Positions 16,990 through 31,510 of a stretch of 64,000 bases of DNA are shown one piece after another; the first letter of the stretch is position 1, and each line of letters opens with the position of its first letter. Source of the stretch: the human T2T-CHM13v2.0 reference genome, Homo sapiens. Made by a program: the position numbers and the translations under genes. Under the pieces are notes generated by a model. That model was not told the origin of the DNA. It did not search any database and worked only from the letters and a program-made list of their open reading frames with translations. The stretch lies in NCBI RefSeq assembly GCF_009914755.1, contig NC_060932.1. The stretch is one strand, 5' to 3'.

Positions 16990-17499
16990 AGTCAGAATCC
17001 GGGATGGAAGGAGCTACTGGGATGCTTTTCTCCATGTTCTCTGTAGATCCATTGACTGCCCTTCTCTGCAGTGATCAGTGCCTTGGGTGTTTATCTCCTT
17101 GGTCTGCAATAAGTGAATTTCTTTTATCCACTTTTTCTGGTAAGTTTCACCCAATAAGAGGCATAGCCAGGAGGTTATAAAACAAAAATGGAGCTCAGTA
17201 TTTCTTCTTCACTTTCTTCCTCAAGTTTCTGACAGTAGCTGAAACTTTCTATGATGAAAGCTTCAACTGAGAAAGCCCCTCCCACATGAACTTAACAATC
17301 CCTAGGCTCCAGCAATACTCTTTCTTCCTCCTTGCTCCTTCAGGCCAAGGAGTGGTAATGGCTTGCCACTCAACGTATTAGTACCCTGGAGTCTAAATAT
17401 TTGTTGTTGCATCCTCTAACTTCACTTTTACCTCTCTAGTCTGTTTAAATTTCCATCAGAATGCGCCTTTTCTTTCTGTCTGGAACTATGACTGATACA
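16990..17499 (+). mobile_element. ERVL LTR (LTR33-like)
   Basis: ccttcaggccaaggagtggtaatggcttgccact and terminal gactgataca. Confidence 0.6.
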
Positions 17500-17704
17500 G
17501 ATGAGAACACTGTTGGCTTATAGAAATGTATCAAGTGAGAAAAAAAGTCACAAAATATTGCAGCACAAAAGTCATTGTCAAAGACCTTACGACTCATGTG
17601 GAATTACCTCTGTATTTTTAAGGTCTACTATCTAAGATAGTTAGGAAATTGGCTTCAAAGGAACCCACTAAAAAAAGAAAAGAAAAGGAAAAAAAGTAAG
17701 ATAG

Positions 17705-19180
17705 AAAAACTAGAATAGCCAAAACAATTTTGAATAAGAATAAAAATGAAAGATTCACTCCACCTAATGTCAAAACATGCTATAAAAATTACTATAACTT
17801 ACATTAAAAACAATAATCAAGACTATATGGTATTGGTGAAAAGATAGATACATTAATCAATGAAACAGAAAGTCCAAAAATAGATCCACATATAAATGGT
17901 CAATAGATTTTCAACAAAATCCAAAGACAATTTTATGTAGAAACAATAGTGTTTTCAACAAATGGTATTAAAACAATTAGACATGAATATGTAGAATAAA
18001 AACCTCAATCCATATCTTGCATTATATAAAAAAATTAACAAAAAATTAATCATAAACCTAAATATAAATCTTAAAACTATAAAACTTCTAGAAAGAAAAA
18101 ATTGTAACCTGTGTGCAGGAAAGATTACATAGGTATGATATTAAGAATATAATTTGTAGAAAAACTGTATGAAATGGATTTAATAAAAATATAGAATTTT
18201 TTTAAAAAAAATGATAAAAGACATCCAACAGACTGGGAGAAAATATATGCAAGCTTAATCCAAAAAGGAAGTTGCATGCAGAATATAAGAATATTTAAAG
18301 AATTCTCAAAATTAAACAATAAAAAAATCTTCAATTTATAACTGGCCAAAAGATTTGAACAGACAAATCACAAAGATATGCACATGGCAAATAAGCAATG
18401 AAAATAGGCTGAGTGTCAGTTGTTAGGGAATTGCTAATTAATTACAATCAGATCCTGTATACCCCTAGTAGAATGGTTAAAATAAAAGAAACTAACAATT
18501 CCAAGTGCTGACAAGGATATAGAACAAATGGAACTTTCATAAATTGCTAGTGGGAATCCAAAATGGTATACCTACAACAGTTTGCCAATTACTTGTAAAA
18601 TTAAATGTACACTTATCATGTGACCCAGCCACTCTTTGGTGATTATCTGAGAGAAAATTAAATCTATGTCCCCATAAAAACCTGTCTGTGAATGTTTATG
18701 GTGTTTTAATCATAATAACCCCAAACTCAAAATCACCCTGATTCAGTTGTAAATGATTAAACAAACTGTAGTGAATCCACACAATGGAGTACTACTCAGT
18801 AATAGAAATTAATTAATTACTGATACATGTTAAAAAGAAAATAAAAGATTGAATGAAATATTGATTGTGCTAAGTGAATGTAGGCAGACTCAACAAGCTA
18901 CATACTTTATGATTCCATTCATATAGTATTGTTGGAAATACAAACTATAGGAACAGAAAAAGGATTATTGATTTCTAAGGAGTGGAATTGGGGAATTGGG
19001 AATTTATGGCCAAAATAATTTTGAGGAAAATTTGTTTTACTTAAACAGTTTCATATGTCGATTGTGGTGGCGATTACACAATCAGGTACATTTACCAAAA
19101 TTCATACAACTTTATACACACACACAAAAACACAAATTTGTTGTAATAAGTTCTACATCAATAAACCTTACTTTAAAAAA
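17705..19180 (+). mobile_element. Ancient L1 (L1MD/L1ME-like) ORF2 end and 3'UTR
   Basis: agaatagccaaaacaattttg; gtattggtgaaagatagatacat; tgattccattcatatag; aataaa followed by an A tail. Confidence 0.8.
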
Positions 19181-19599
19181 TGAACACAGACATTTTATCA
19201 GACAGTAAGGCAATCTATTTGGCCAGAGACAATTATTTTTATTTAAAAAGATATTGCTAATGCGGTCTGACAAAAGTATAATGAAACAAATATTAAATAT
19301 GTCATTGGGAGAAGATATATTCATTAATGGATGATTATATTAGCTTTCTGGGCAACAAACCTAAATATATCTGCTGATATTGATCTTCTATTCAACTCAA
19401 AATGGATAACGTAATTTGTTCTTAATATAACTTACTTGTTTTTTAAAGCATTATTTCATGCCCTTATTTTATTTAAACTGAGATCTTCTTGGTTTCAGAC
19501 CTTTATCTCAACCTATAGGTAAATATGTTTACAACTATAAATCTTCTATTAAACATATTATCTAACTTCTTCCACTTAGTAATCTTCATATTCGACAAC

Positions 19600-20830
19600 T
19601 ATAGCTTAGGTATCATCATACTAATTATATTCAAATTTTCCCTATTGCCTTAAAGGTTTCTTTTGGTAGTTTGTTTAAATGAAGACCCAAAATTCACATA
19701 TTTCCTTTTTTATGTATAACATTCTAATTCCAAAACAACATTTAACCATTAGCACTTTTTATTTTTGGTCCATTCAGTTTTGAGAAAAGGTTACTTAGGC
19801 TATGGAATATTCTATATGAGATTTGATTGATTGTTCTTTGTAAAATTATTTAAATTATTTATTTATCACAGCTGGTAGCTCCTATAAACATCAAGTGAAC
19901 TTTAGAGTCTTGATTGATTCAGGTCTATATTTTTAGACAAAAACTCATCAAAATATTGCTGTGCATTTCTTAGCATCATCATGAGCCACATCTCATTGCC
20001 CCATTTTTAAATGATGCTAGGATTGATCACTACTCAAGTGGTATTAGCTTCAAACATTCATTATGAAGTTGCTCATCACTCTTTCACCCAATGACTTTGG
20101 CTTTCAATGATGGCCATTGCCTAGATCCATTCTTTCAGTAAGAATTACTAAACGGTGATTTTTCTATTATTTCTTCTGCATTTATTCTCTAAAATTCTTC
20201 TATAAAAAACTCTCCCTTATCAACCACTTTGCTACTCTGAAATTCAGTTTATACAGAAAAGGCAAGATATAATAAACAGTTGATTCTTTACCTTTATTTG
20301 TAGATGTGTTTTAGAATAATGAATTGGAACCCAGTCTCCAATGGTGACTAAGGAACTTTATACAAATTTGTAAGCATGTGAGTTTAAATGGAATTATGTA
20401 AACTCATGAAAAGTTATATATACAATGTGATCCAACCCTTTGCAGTTATTTTATTTTTTTTCTCCTTCAAATGTTGCCATATTATTCCAGCGTGAATTCA
20501 ATTGAGATGGCACCTGTTTCTTTTTCATATGACTTCGTTATGCCTTGAGAGATTCCTCGCTTTTTGGCACAAAATTGTGTCACAATTTTATATTTTGTAT
20601 TTATTTCCCAAATGAATGTTCTTGGCACCTTTGTCAAACAAAGAATATATTTTTTGAAGTAGCCCAAGATTGTTTCACTAAGAAATGGTAGTATGATATC
20701 ACAATTTTTGGTACTAGAAATTCACATTGATTGTCTTTGCTTCTAGACATTTTCAATGTCATGTTGGGAGATCATATTTATAAGACAAGAAAAGCTATGA
20801 CTTGATGCTGATGTTGCCAAATTTGAGTAA
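19600..20830 (-). mobile_element. Very degraded L1MC-like 3' region
   Basis: Patchy resemblance to L1MC 3'UTR (aaatggtagt...ggtactag; ggcacctttgtcaaa); boundaries approximate. Confidence 0.4.
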
Positions 20831-20899
20831 GGACTATGTAAGACTTTTAAATACTATTTACTATTGAATGCAGTTTGGAAGGTCTTTGTAGTATATTTT

Positions 20900-23800
20900 T
20901 TATTTTTTTTTATTTTTAATTATGGATATATAATAGTTACACATATTTATGGGGTACATGGGATATTTTGATACAAGCATACAATGTGTATTAAATTAGA
21001 ATAAATGGGGTATCTATCACCTTAAGGACTTATATCTTTGTATTAGGAGCATTTCAATTTTATTCTGTTATTTTGAAATATAAAATAAACTATTGTTAGC
21101 TATAGTTGCCCTGTTGTTCTACATAACACTGGATCCTATTCCTGTTATCTAACTGTATTGAACCTATTGCCATCCCCCTTTTTTCCCTCCATCCCTCTCT
21201 ACTCTTCCCAGCCTCTGGTAACCATCATTCTACTTTCTGTCTACATGAATTCAGTTTTTTTAGCTCCCACATATGAGAAAGAACATGCAATATTTAACTT
21301 TCTGTGACTGGCTTATTTCATTAAACATAATGTCCTCCAGTTCCAACCATGTTATTACAAATAACAGGATATCATTCTTTTTTATGGTTGAATAATATTT
21401 CATTGTGTATATGTATATTTTCCTCATTCAGACGCTGATGGACATTTATATTTACTCAATATCTTCGCTATTGTGAATAGTGCTTCAATAAATGTAGAAG
21501 TGCAGATATCTCTTCAATATATTGTTTTCCTTACTTTTGATATATACCCTGCCGTGAGATTGCTGGATCAAATGGTAGTTCTAATTTGTAGGTTTTTTTT
21601 TGTTTTGTTTTGTTTTGTTTTTTTTTTGAGGAACCTCCATACTGGCTGTACTAATTTACATTTCCACCAACAGTACAAGAGTTCCCTTTCTTCACATCCT
21701 CGCCTGCGTCTATTACTGCCTGGTTTGTTTTTTGTTTTTGTATAAAAGCCATTTTAACTTGAATGAGATGATATCTCACTGTAGCTTTAATTTGCTTTTC
21801 TCTGATAACTAGTGATGTTGAGCATTTTTGCATATATTTTTGGGCATTTGTATGTCCTCTTTTGAGAAATATATATTCAGATCTTCTGCCCATATTTTTA
21901 TTGGATTATTTGATCTTTTCCTATTGAGTTGAGTTTCTTATATATTCTGTTTATTAATCCCTTGTCAGATGGGTAGTTCACAAATATTTTCTCCCATTCT
22001 GTGGGTTGTCTCTTCACTTTGTTGTTTCCTTTGGTGTGAAGATTTTTAGCTTGATGTGATCCCATTTGTCCACTTTTGCTTTAGTTACCTGTGCTTCTGA
22101 GGTTTTACTCAAAAAATTTTTGCCCAGACCAATGTCCTGGAGTGTTTTGCTAATATTTTTTTCTAGTAGTTTCATAGTTTCTGGTCTTAGATTTAAGTTT
22201 TTAATCCATTTTGATTCGATTTTTGTATATGGTGAGAGATAGGGGCCTAGTTTCATTCTTAATATGGATATCTAGTTTTCCCAGCACCACTTATTGAAAA
22301 GACCATCCTTCCCCCAATGTATGTTCTTGGCACCTTTGTTGAAAATGAGTTGACTGTAAATGCGTGAATTTATTTCTGGGTTCTGTATACTGTTCCACTG
22401 GTCTATGTGTCTGTTTTTATGCCAGTATCATGGTGTTTGGGTTTCTATAACTCTGCCATATAATTATAAGTCAGGTAATATGATGTCTCCAGCCTTGTTA
22501 TTTTTACTCAGGATGGTTTTAGCTATTCTGTTTTTTTTGTAATTTGATATAAATTTTAGAATCTTTTTTTCTATTTTAGTGAAGAATGTCATTCGTATTT
22601 TGATAGGGATTATATTGAATCTGCAGATTGCTTTGGTTCATATGAACATTTTAACAAAATTGACTTTTCCAGTCTATGGACATGGAGTACTTTTCCATTT
22701 TTAGCATATATTTATTTAATTTATTTTATCAATATTTTTATATTTTTATTGTAGAGGTCTTTCACTTCTTTGGTTAAGTTTATTCCTAGGTATTTTATTT
22801 TATTTGTAGTTATTGTAGATGGTATTACTTTCTTGGTTTCATTTTCAGAATTTTTGCTTTTGACTCAGAGAAATGCTACTGATTTTTGTATGTTGATTTT
22901 GTATCCTGCAATTTGACTAAATTTGTTATCAGTTCTATTACTTTTCTGACAAAATCTTCAGGTTTTTAAAAATATAAGATAATATCATCAGCAGATAAGG
23001 GTAATTTGACTTCTTTCCAGTTTGAATGCCCTTTATTTCTTTCTCCTAATTACTCTGGGTAGGACTTCTAGTACTAAATTGAGTAAAAGTGATGAAAGTG
23101 GGCATCCTTGACTTGTTGTAGCTATTACAGGAAAAGCTTTCGGTTTTCAATCATTCAGTTTGATACTAGCTGTGGATTTGATATACATGGCTTTTATTTT
23201 ATTGAGATATGTTTCTCTATATCCAGATTACTGACAGTTTTTATTTTAAAGGAATGTTGAATTTTATCTAATACATTTTTGGCATCAGTTGAAATGATTT
23301 TATAGTTTTGTCTTTCCTTCTGTTGATATGATGTATTATATTTACAGATTTGTATATGTTGAGCCATCCTTGCATCCATAGGGTGAATCCCACTTGACCA
23401 TTTTGTATTACTTTTTATGTGCTATTAAATTTGGTGTGCTAGTGTTTGGTTGAGGATTTTCTTAATCTATGTTCATCAGAGATATTGGCCTGTAGTTTTC
23501 TTTTTGTTGAGTTGTTGTGTCTTTGTCTAGTTTTCATATCAGTATGATACTTTCCTCCTAGAAGGAGTTTATAAGTATTCCTTCCTACTCAATTTCTTGG
23601 AATATTTTGTGTAGGATTGGAATAGTTTTTCTTTAAATGTTTGGTAAAATTCAACATAGAAGCCATCAGATACTAAGCTGTTCTTTGATTAAAGCCATTT
23701 TATTACTATTTTTATCTTGTTATTTGTTATTGGTCTATTTGGATTTTTTTATTTCTTCATGATTCAATCTTGATAGCTTGTGTGGGTCTAGGAATTTATC

Positions 23801-26800
23801 CACTTCTTCTAGATTTTCCCATTTATTGGCATTTACCAGCTCACAATGTTCTCTAATGATCCTTGAATTTCTGGAGTGTCTGTTGTAATGTCTCCCTATC
23901 ATCTCTGATTTGATTTATTTGGATTTTCATTCTTTTTTTCTAATTTAGTCTGAATGATGGTTTGTCAATTTTATTTTTTTAAAGCAATGTTTTGTTGATC
24001 TTTTGTATTTTTTAGTCTCAATTTCATTAATTTCTTCTCTGAGCTTATTATTTTTTTTCTTCTACTAAATTTTGATTTGGTTTGCTGTTGCTTTTCTAGT
24101 TCTTTAAGATGCATCATTTGGTTGTTTATTTGAAGTTTATTTTTTATATTTTTTATTTATTGCTATAAGCTCCCTGCTTTTGCTATATCCCGTAGGTTTT
24201 CGTATGTTGAGTTTCCACTTTTGTTTGTTTCTTGAAATTTTTAAATTTTTTTCTTAATGTTTTCATTGACCCAATGATTGTTCAGGAGCATGTTGTTAAA
24301 TATCTATGTGTTCATATAGCTTCCGAAGTTTCTCTTGTTATTGATTTCTAGTTTTATTCCATCGTGGTCAGATAAGATGCTTGATATGATTTAAATATTA
24401 TTTGAATTTTCAAAAGACAGTTGTGGCCTAATATATGGTTTACTCTTAATAATGTCCAGGTGCTAAGGAGAAGAATGTGTACTCTGTAGCTGTTAGATGA
24501 AATATTTCATAAATGCCTATAGAATCATTTGATCTATAGGGAAATTTCAGTCAAATGTTTCTTTGTTAATTTTCTGCTTGGATATTCTCTATGTGTTAGA
24601 GCATTTGCATTCCTATAAGGAAATATGTGAGTCTGGGTAATTTCGAAAGAAAAAGTCTTATTTTGGCTCACAGTTCTGCAGGCTGTACACAAAGTAGTGT
24701 CAGCATTTGCTTCTGGTAGGGCCTCAGAAAGCTAACAATCATGGAGGAAGGTGAGCCAGCTTGTCACATGGTGAGCGAGGAAGCAAGAGAGAGAGGGGGA
24801 GGTGCCAGGCTCTTTTTAAATGACTAGCTGTCAAGCGTGAACTCACAGAGCAAAAACTCACTCATCACCATGGAAATGACACCAAGTCATTCATAAGGAA
24901 TTCACCTCCATGACCCAACAACCCCCACCAGACCTTGCCTCCAACATTGAAATTACATTTCAACATAAGATTTGGGGAGGACAAATATCCAAACCATATC
25001 ATTATCCAATGCTAAAAGTGTGGTGTTGAAGTCCTCACTTATTATTGTCTAGCAATCTATCTCTCTTTAGCTCTAATAAGAGTTGCTTTGTATATCTGGG
25101 TCCCTAATATTGAGTGCATATATATTTACAATTGTAATATAGATAATTTTAATGGATATAATATTTGAAGTTGAAAGGTTTTTTTCTTAAACATTTAAAG
25201 TATGTCATTCTACTCTCTTCCAGCCTGAAAAGTTTCTATTTAGAAGTCTGCTGCCAAATGTATTAGAGTCCCTTCATATAGTATTTCCTTCTTTTTCTGT
25301 GTTTTTAAGATCCTTTCTTTATCATTGACTTTTGAGAATTTGAATAATATATGCCTTTAACTAGTCTTATTTGGGTCGAATCATCTAGATATTCTACAAA
25401 CTTCTTTTACATGTATATTCATATCTTTAGGTTTGGAAATTTCTCTGTTATTATTTCTTTGAACAAATTTTCTACCCTAAACTCTCTCTACATCCTCTTT
25501 AAGATCAATAACTTAGATTTTTTTTTCCTTTTGAGGCTATTTTCTAGCTCTTGGAGGTATGGTTTGTACTTTGTTCTCTTTTCTTCTCTGGCTGTGTATT
25601 TTCATATAGCCTGTTTTGAAGCTCGTTAGTTCTTTATTCTGCTTGATCCAGTTCAGCTCTGGAATTTCTGCTTGATTTTTTAAAAAATCATTGGGCTCTC
25701 TTTGTGAAATTTCTCTGATAGAATTCAAAATTCCTTCTCTGTGTTATTTTGAAATTCATTGAATTCCCTCAAGACAGTTATTTTGAGTTCTCTCTGAAAG
25801 ATCATGTATTTCCATCACTCCAGGATTTGTCACTGGTGATTCATTTAGTTTGTCTGGTGAGGTTGGGTTTTTCTGGATGCTTGTGAATGGTCCTCAATGT
25901 CTGGGCATTGAAGAGTTAGGAATTTATTCCAGTCTTCACAGTCTGGTCTTTATAGCTGTCCTTCTTGAGAAGGCTTTCCACATATTCAAATCGAATTGAG
26001 TGTTGTGATCTAAGCCTGTGGTCAGTGCAACCATATGAGTACTAAAAAGTTCCCTAGGCCTAGGAATGCCACAACACTTGCTGAGTTCTAGAGGTACCAT
26101 TTATTGGTTGGGTTGGGTAAAAAGAGAATTCCTTGGGTCACCCGGCAAAGTCTCTGGCTCTCTTCCTTCTCTTTCCTCCAGTCAGAAGGAGCCTCTCTCC
26201 AAGCTGGGCTGCCTGGAGTTGGGGGAGGGGTGATATAGGCACATCGTTGGCTACCACAGCTGGTGTTACACTAAGTCACATGCACCACAAGTCCACTGCC
26301 TCTAAGCCCAGGGTAGCTCCAGTGTTTGCACAAGTACTGTAGTCCTTGTGGTCTGACTGCCACTAAAATTGAACCCAGGACCCAGACCACTTTAGTCAGC
26401 AGTAAGTGGAGCCAGGCTTAGGTTCCTCCTGATGGGACTGAGAATTCCCCTCTGGCCCAGGGCTGGTCTAAATGTTCTCTCTGTGGGAACTGGCAGAATT
26501 CTGTTGTGTTCTGCTGTGAGAGGGCAGCACTGAGTTCCAATGCAAAGTTTCACATTCACTTTTCTTTCCCTCCCCCAAGAATACAGATTTCCTCTCCCTG
26601 TGGCACCGATGGATGATAGGGCAAGTGTGGTGTAGGAAATGCACAACTGTCTTTTCTACCCTTTTCGATGCCTCATTTCTTGATATTATATTAATATTAG
26701 GTACTGTTTTCACTCATCTGATTTTTTTGGTTCTTATGAAGGTATTTTCTTGTGTGGATAGTTGTTCAATTTGGTGTTCCAATGGGGGTACAATTGCTGG

Positions 26801-26827
26801 AGGGTTCTATCCAGCCATCTTGCTCCC
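20900..26827 (-). mobile_element. Near full-length L1MA (L1MA2-5-like) with internal deletions, interrupted by an MST LTR
   Basis: 3' end catatttatggggtacatg...gatacaagcatacaatgtgta; ORF2 fragments such as 22014-22256 [13 protein letters not shown]; 5' end ccagccatcttgctcc at about 26825. Confidence 0.9.
24592..25001 (-). mobile_element. MaLR LTR (MSTA/MSTB-like) nested in the L1MA
   Basis: tgtgttag...ggctcacagttctgcaggctgtac...acaaatatccaaaccatatca; L1 sequence resumes at about 25003. Confidence 0.88.
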
Positions 26828-26849
26828 TATAAAGATATTTTATAGCAGA

Positions 26850-27240
26850 CATACTTGGAAGACAAAAATAAGATCTCCCTCCAAGCCAGAGGGCAGATTT
26901 GTTTGCTGACTAGGAGAAAAAAGAAATGCCTTCCTCTGGGCAAAGTTTAGGCAGACTTTCCAGCATCCTTTTAAAGATTTGGGGATTCCAAAGCTAAAGG
27001 TTTCTAATCTGTGACACAAATCTATTGTATGTGCTACATTCACCAGGGCCCCCTTGTGTCACCCAAGGAACTTCGGAGGCAAGAACAATTTACACAAAGA
27101 TGATACCCATGCTTCTTATTATGCCATGAGTTATAAAGTCCTTTGTCTCTGTTCTAGGAATATCCTGTCTTCCTCTAGCATTTGTGAAACTAGAGTAGTC
27201 TAACTTGAGTAAAATCTCAGATCCTTCACAGTTCTTCACA
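26850..27240 (+). mobile_element. ERVL LTR (MER54/73/74-like)
   Basis: taaagtcctttgtctctg...tgtgaaact and terminal aaaatctcagatccttcacagttcttcaca. Confidence 0.6.
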
Positions 27241-27855
27241 TAGCTCAGTAAAAAATGAAAACAACTTTTTCCAATAAGAAGCTCAGTGAAGTTTTTAAGT
27301 GCTAGGTAAAAATAAATCAGAATTTAACATGTTAAGAACAGTATACTGCACAAATAAAACAAGCGATCAATATACATGGAAATGTTAATAGTGGTTTTTC
27401 TCAGATTTACAGTATTGTGAGTAATTTTTTATGCATTTCACATTTTCACTTTTCTCATAGTAAGAATGTATTACTCTTATAATAAAAAATTCAATGATGT
27501 CCCAAAATTTACCATTTTTAAAATAGTATAATTGTATATTTTTAGTTATTTAAATGCAGTTAAAGTAGTTGAAGGAGTCATTAGCATATTTTTTAAATGA
27601 AGAAAAATGATTTCTTCTTTCAATCAATGAAAAATCTGATTTAGCTTTTAAAAGCTATATGAATAAATATGAAAAAAATAGCAAAAGCTTTTTTATAAAA
27701 CATGTTGAATTCAAGATAAACTATAAAAAGACATTTTATAATTAGCAAATTTTGAAAGGAAAAAGAAAGGGTGGCTCAATGAAGGTTGTAGGCTGCCTTT
27801 CTAAAATAATGTTTTTCACAACCTATTTAATCATGAACCTTTAAAGGAATCATAC

Positions 27856-27863
27856 CTGGAAAA
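27856..27863 (-). pseudogene. Candidate 8-nt microexon 6 (TTTTCCAG)
   Basis: Acceptor tctgttttatattttag| and donor CAG|gtatga; 8 nt reconciles the phases of the 99-nt and 49-nt exons. Confidence 0.3.
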
Positions 27864-29204
27864 CTAAAATATAAAACAGATGAAAGGCAAGTTGCCATTG
27901 TTGAAATAGGGCTGAGGTGACACTTGCCAGCAGTCCCCTCTATGATAACCCTGGTCACAGTCTAAATGTCACTTTTCTGGAATATAGAAAAGAGCAATAA
28001 AATTAGAATTGAAAACGTTAATAACAAGGAAGCCATGGTATATACAAGCATTATTTAATTCTGTGGATAATAAAATATCCCAAATCCTTGAGATGAGTCT
28101 GTGAACAATAACAGAAAAGAAAGGAGAAAAAAAAATCAAAAGAAAGTATCTAAAGCCTAGAAGCTTATTCTGGCTAAAGGGCAGAGATTTATGTTGGCAG
28201 CAGCTAATGAAAAGAATAACAATGCTGTGTGGCAAGAAAGCAAAAAAAGAATACATTTTCATAATCACTACCTTACAATAAAAAAATCCTCAGATTTTGA
28301 AAGCAAAATTGTATAATATGACTGTGATACGCATAAGGTCCAGAAAGAGCAAAATAAGTTTTATAAGTCCTTAAAGATCAGTTTATTCATTGGAAATGGC
28401 ATTATGTACATAATATACACTATAACCATATGTACAGGCAATTGTGCCATAAGAACAAACTTAAGCATGACATAGCTATAGAATACTAAACTGAAGAGAA
28501 ACAAGACTAATTCCAAATGATATAAACCAGCTAGAATGTGATGCACACAGATGCAGTTAGTATGTTGAATGAGCAGGACTGGATTTAGAAAATTTAATTG
28601 TTCTCTCTTTGTTCATTTAAACCCATTTAGTGGAAAGATTCTTCCCCTTCCCCTAGATGAGATCTAACACAAGCCCAGTAACTTTTCCACTCATTCTCAT
28701 ATAATAAACAGGCCTCCAGGTTGAATAATGGGTATACACAGTCCTGTGTAACAAAAATAAATAAACTTGTTGAAGTCAACTTCAACTTTCATCTCCAGTT
28801 TAGGTTCAAGATCCTGAATCTCCAATTCTTTATTTTAAGAAAAGAAAGGAAGGGGGAAAAAAGCTGAAGAAATGAAAGTTGAAAGAAGAGAAGGAAAGAG
28901 AAAGGAATAGAAAGCAAGTCAAGCGAAAGGAAGATAAATATCTAAACTTCACTTAAAGGTAGAGCTCCCCACCCCACTTGGACCTGCTTCAAATTGGTGG
29001 GTTGAGAGTAGATATCCTTAGCTCATCTCTCTTTCCTGGTGACCATCTCATCCCCAGGAGGCCTCTGGATTCTGCAAGTCTCAAGAGAAAGGGATAGCAG
29101 GGGATGGGAACTAGAGGTAAGGTAAAGAAAATGTCATACTTGAAAGTGTCAATCTAATCTGACTTCCATTTCTGATGACTTCTGCAAACGTTTAAAGCAA
29201 ACTG

Positions 29205-29976
29205 TTTATTTTATTATTTCAAGTTCTAGTATACATATGCAGGATGTGCATGTTTGTTAAACAGGTAAACGTGTGCCATGATGGTTTGCTGCACCTATCA
29301 AGCCATCACCTAGGTATTAAGCCCCGCATGCATTCACTATTTATTCTGATGCTCTGTCTTCCCCCATTGCACCCCTGACAGGCTCTAGAGTGTGTCATTT
29401 CTCTCCCTGTGTCCATGTGTTCTCATTGTTCAGCTCCCGCTTATAAGTGAGAACATGTGGTGTTTGGTTTTCTGTCCTTGTGTTAGTTTGCTGAGGATAA
29501 TGGCCTCCAGCTCCATCTATGTTCCTGCAAAGGACATGATCTTGTTCCTTTTTATGGCTGTGTAGTATTCCATGGTGTATATATACCACACTTTCTTTAT
29601 CCAGTCTATCATTGATGGGCATTTGGGTTAATTCCATGTCTTTGCTATTGTGGATAGTGCTGCAATGAAAATACACATGCATGTATCTTTATAATATAAT
29701 GATCTATATTCCTTTGGTTATATACCCAGTAATAGGATTGTGGGTCAAATGGTATTTCTGGTTCTAGACATTTGAGGAATTGCCACACTGTTTCCACAAT
29801 GGTTGGACTAATTTACATTCCCACCAACAGTGTAAAAGCATTCCTAATTCTCCACAACCTCACCAGCACCTTTTGTTTCTTGACTTTTTGATAATTGTCA
29901 TTCTGACTGGTGTGAGATGGTATTTCATTGTGGTTTTGAGTTTCACTCCTGTGATGATCAGTGATGTTGATGTTGA

Positions 29977-30024
<48 letters not shown>

Positions 30025-31371
30025 GCTGCATGAATGTCTTCTTTTGAGAAATGTCTGTTCTTGTCTTTGCCCACTTTTTGATAGGGTTGTTTTTTTCTTG
30101 TAAATTTGTTTAAGTTCCTTGTTGACTCTGGATATTAGACCTTTGTCAGATGGATTTCATAGATTGCAAATTTTTTCTCCCCTTCTGTAGGTTGTCTATT
30201 CACTAAGATGATAGTTTATTTTGCTATGCAGAAGCTCTTTAGTTTAATTAGATCACTTTTGTCAATCTTTGCTCTTGTTGCAATTGCTTTTGACATTTTC
30301 ATCATGAAATCTTTGCTCATGCCTATGTCCTGAATAGTATTTCCTAGATTTTCTTCTAGGGTTTTCATAGTTTTGGGTTTTACATTTAAGTCTTTAATAC
30401 ATCTTGACTTAATTTTTGTATTAAGTGTAAGGAAGGGATCCAGTTTCAATTTTCTGCATGTGTCTAGTCAGTTCTCCTAGCACAATTTATTAAATAGGGA
30501 ATCCTTTCCCCATTGCTTGTTTTTGTCAGGCTTGTCAAAGATCAGATGCTTGTAGATGTGAAGTCTTATTTCTGAGTTCTCTATTCTGTTCCATTTGTCT
30601 ATGTATCTGTTTTTGTACCAGTACCATGCTGTTTTGGTTACTGTAGCCTTATAGTATAGTTTGAAGTTGGGTACCATTATGCTTCCGGCTTTATTTTTTT
30701 GGCTTAGGATTATCTTGGCTATCTGGGGTCTTTTTTGGTTCCATATACATTTTAAGATAGTTTTTTTCTAATTCTGTAAAGAATGTCAATGCTTCTTGAA
30801 TGGGAATAGCATTGAATTTCTAAATTAGGCAGTATGGTCACTTTCACAATGTTGATTCTTCCTATCCATGAGCATGGAATGTTCTCCATTTGTTTGTGTA
30901 CTCTCTGATTCCCTCGAGCAGTGGTTTGTAGTTCTTCTTGAAGAGTTCCTTCACTTCCCTTGTTAGCTGTATTCCTAGGTATTTTATTCTCCTTGTAGCA
31001 ATTGTGAATGGGAGTTCATTCATGATTTGGCTCTCTGCTTGTCTATTGTTGGTGTATAGGGATGCTTGTGATTTTTGCACATTGATTTAGTATGCTGAGA
31101 CTTGCTGAAGTTGCTTATCAACTTAAGAAGCTTTTGGGCTGAGATGGTGAGGTATTCTAGATATAGGATCATGTCATCTGCAAACAGAGACGGTTTGACT
31201 TCCTCTCTTCCTATTTGAGTACCTTTTATTTCTTTCTCTTGCCTGATTATCCTGACCTGAAATTCAAATACTATGTTGAATAAAAGTGGTGAGAGAGGGC
31301 TTCCTTGTCTTGTGCTGGTTTTCAAGGGGAATGCTTCCAGCTTTTGTTCATTCTGTATGATATTGGCTGTG
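29205..31371 (-). mobile_element. 5'-truncated L1PA (about L1PA8-10)
   Basis: 3' end gcacctatcaagccatcacctaggtattaagcc; ORF2 fragments 30216-31325. Confidence 0.93.
29979..30020. repeat. (TA)n microsatellite inside L1
   Basis: About 21 AT units. Confidence 0.95.
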
Positions 31372-31510
31372 CTTCTTAGTGGCTTTTCTCTCTGGGGTGT
31401 GTACTGACTGCAGCTGCCATAGAAGTGGCGATCTTGTCTTTGGCTTACTGCTTAAATTCTCCCCTCAGGGTCTGCATTTGTCACCTCTCCTGATTAGGAT
31501 GCCATTCCAC

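Noticed and set aside
28276-28490. Minus-strand acceptor gtcttgtttctcttcag| with a downstream AATAAA and a gtaagg donor
   Set aside because: Gives immediate stops when joined to the upstream exon in either frame. It could be an alternative terminal exon but has no further support.
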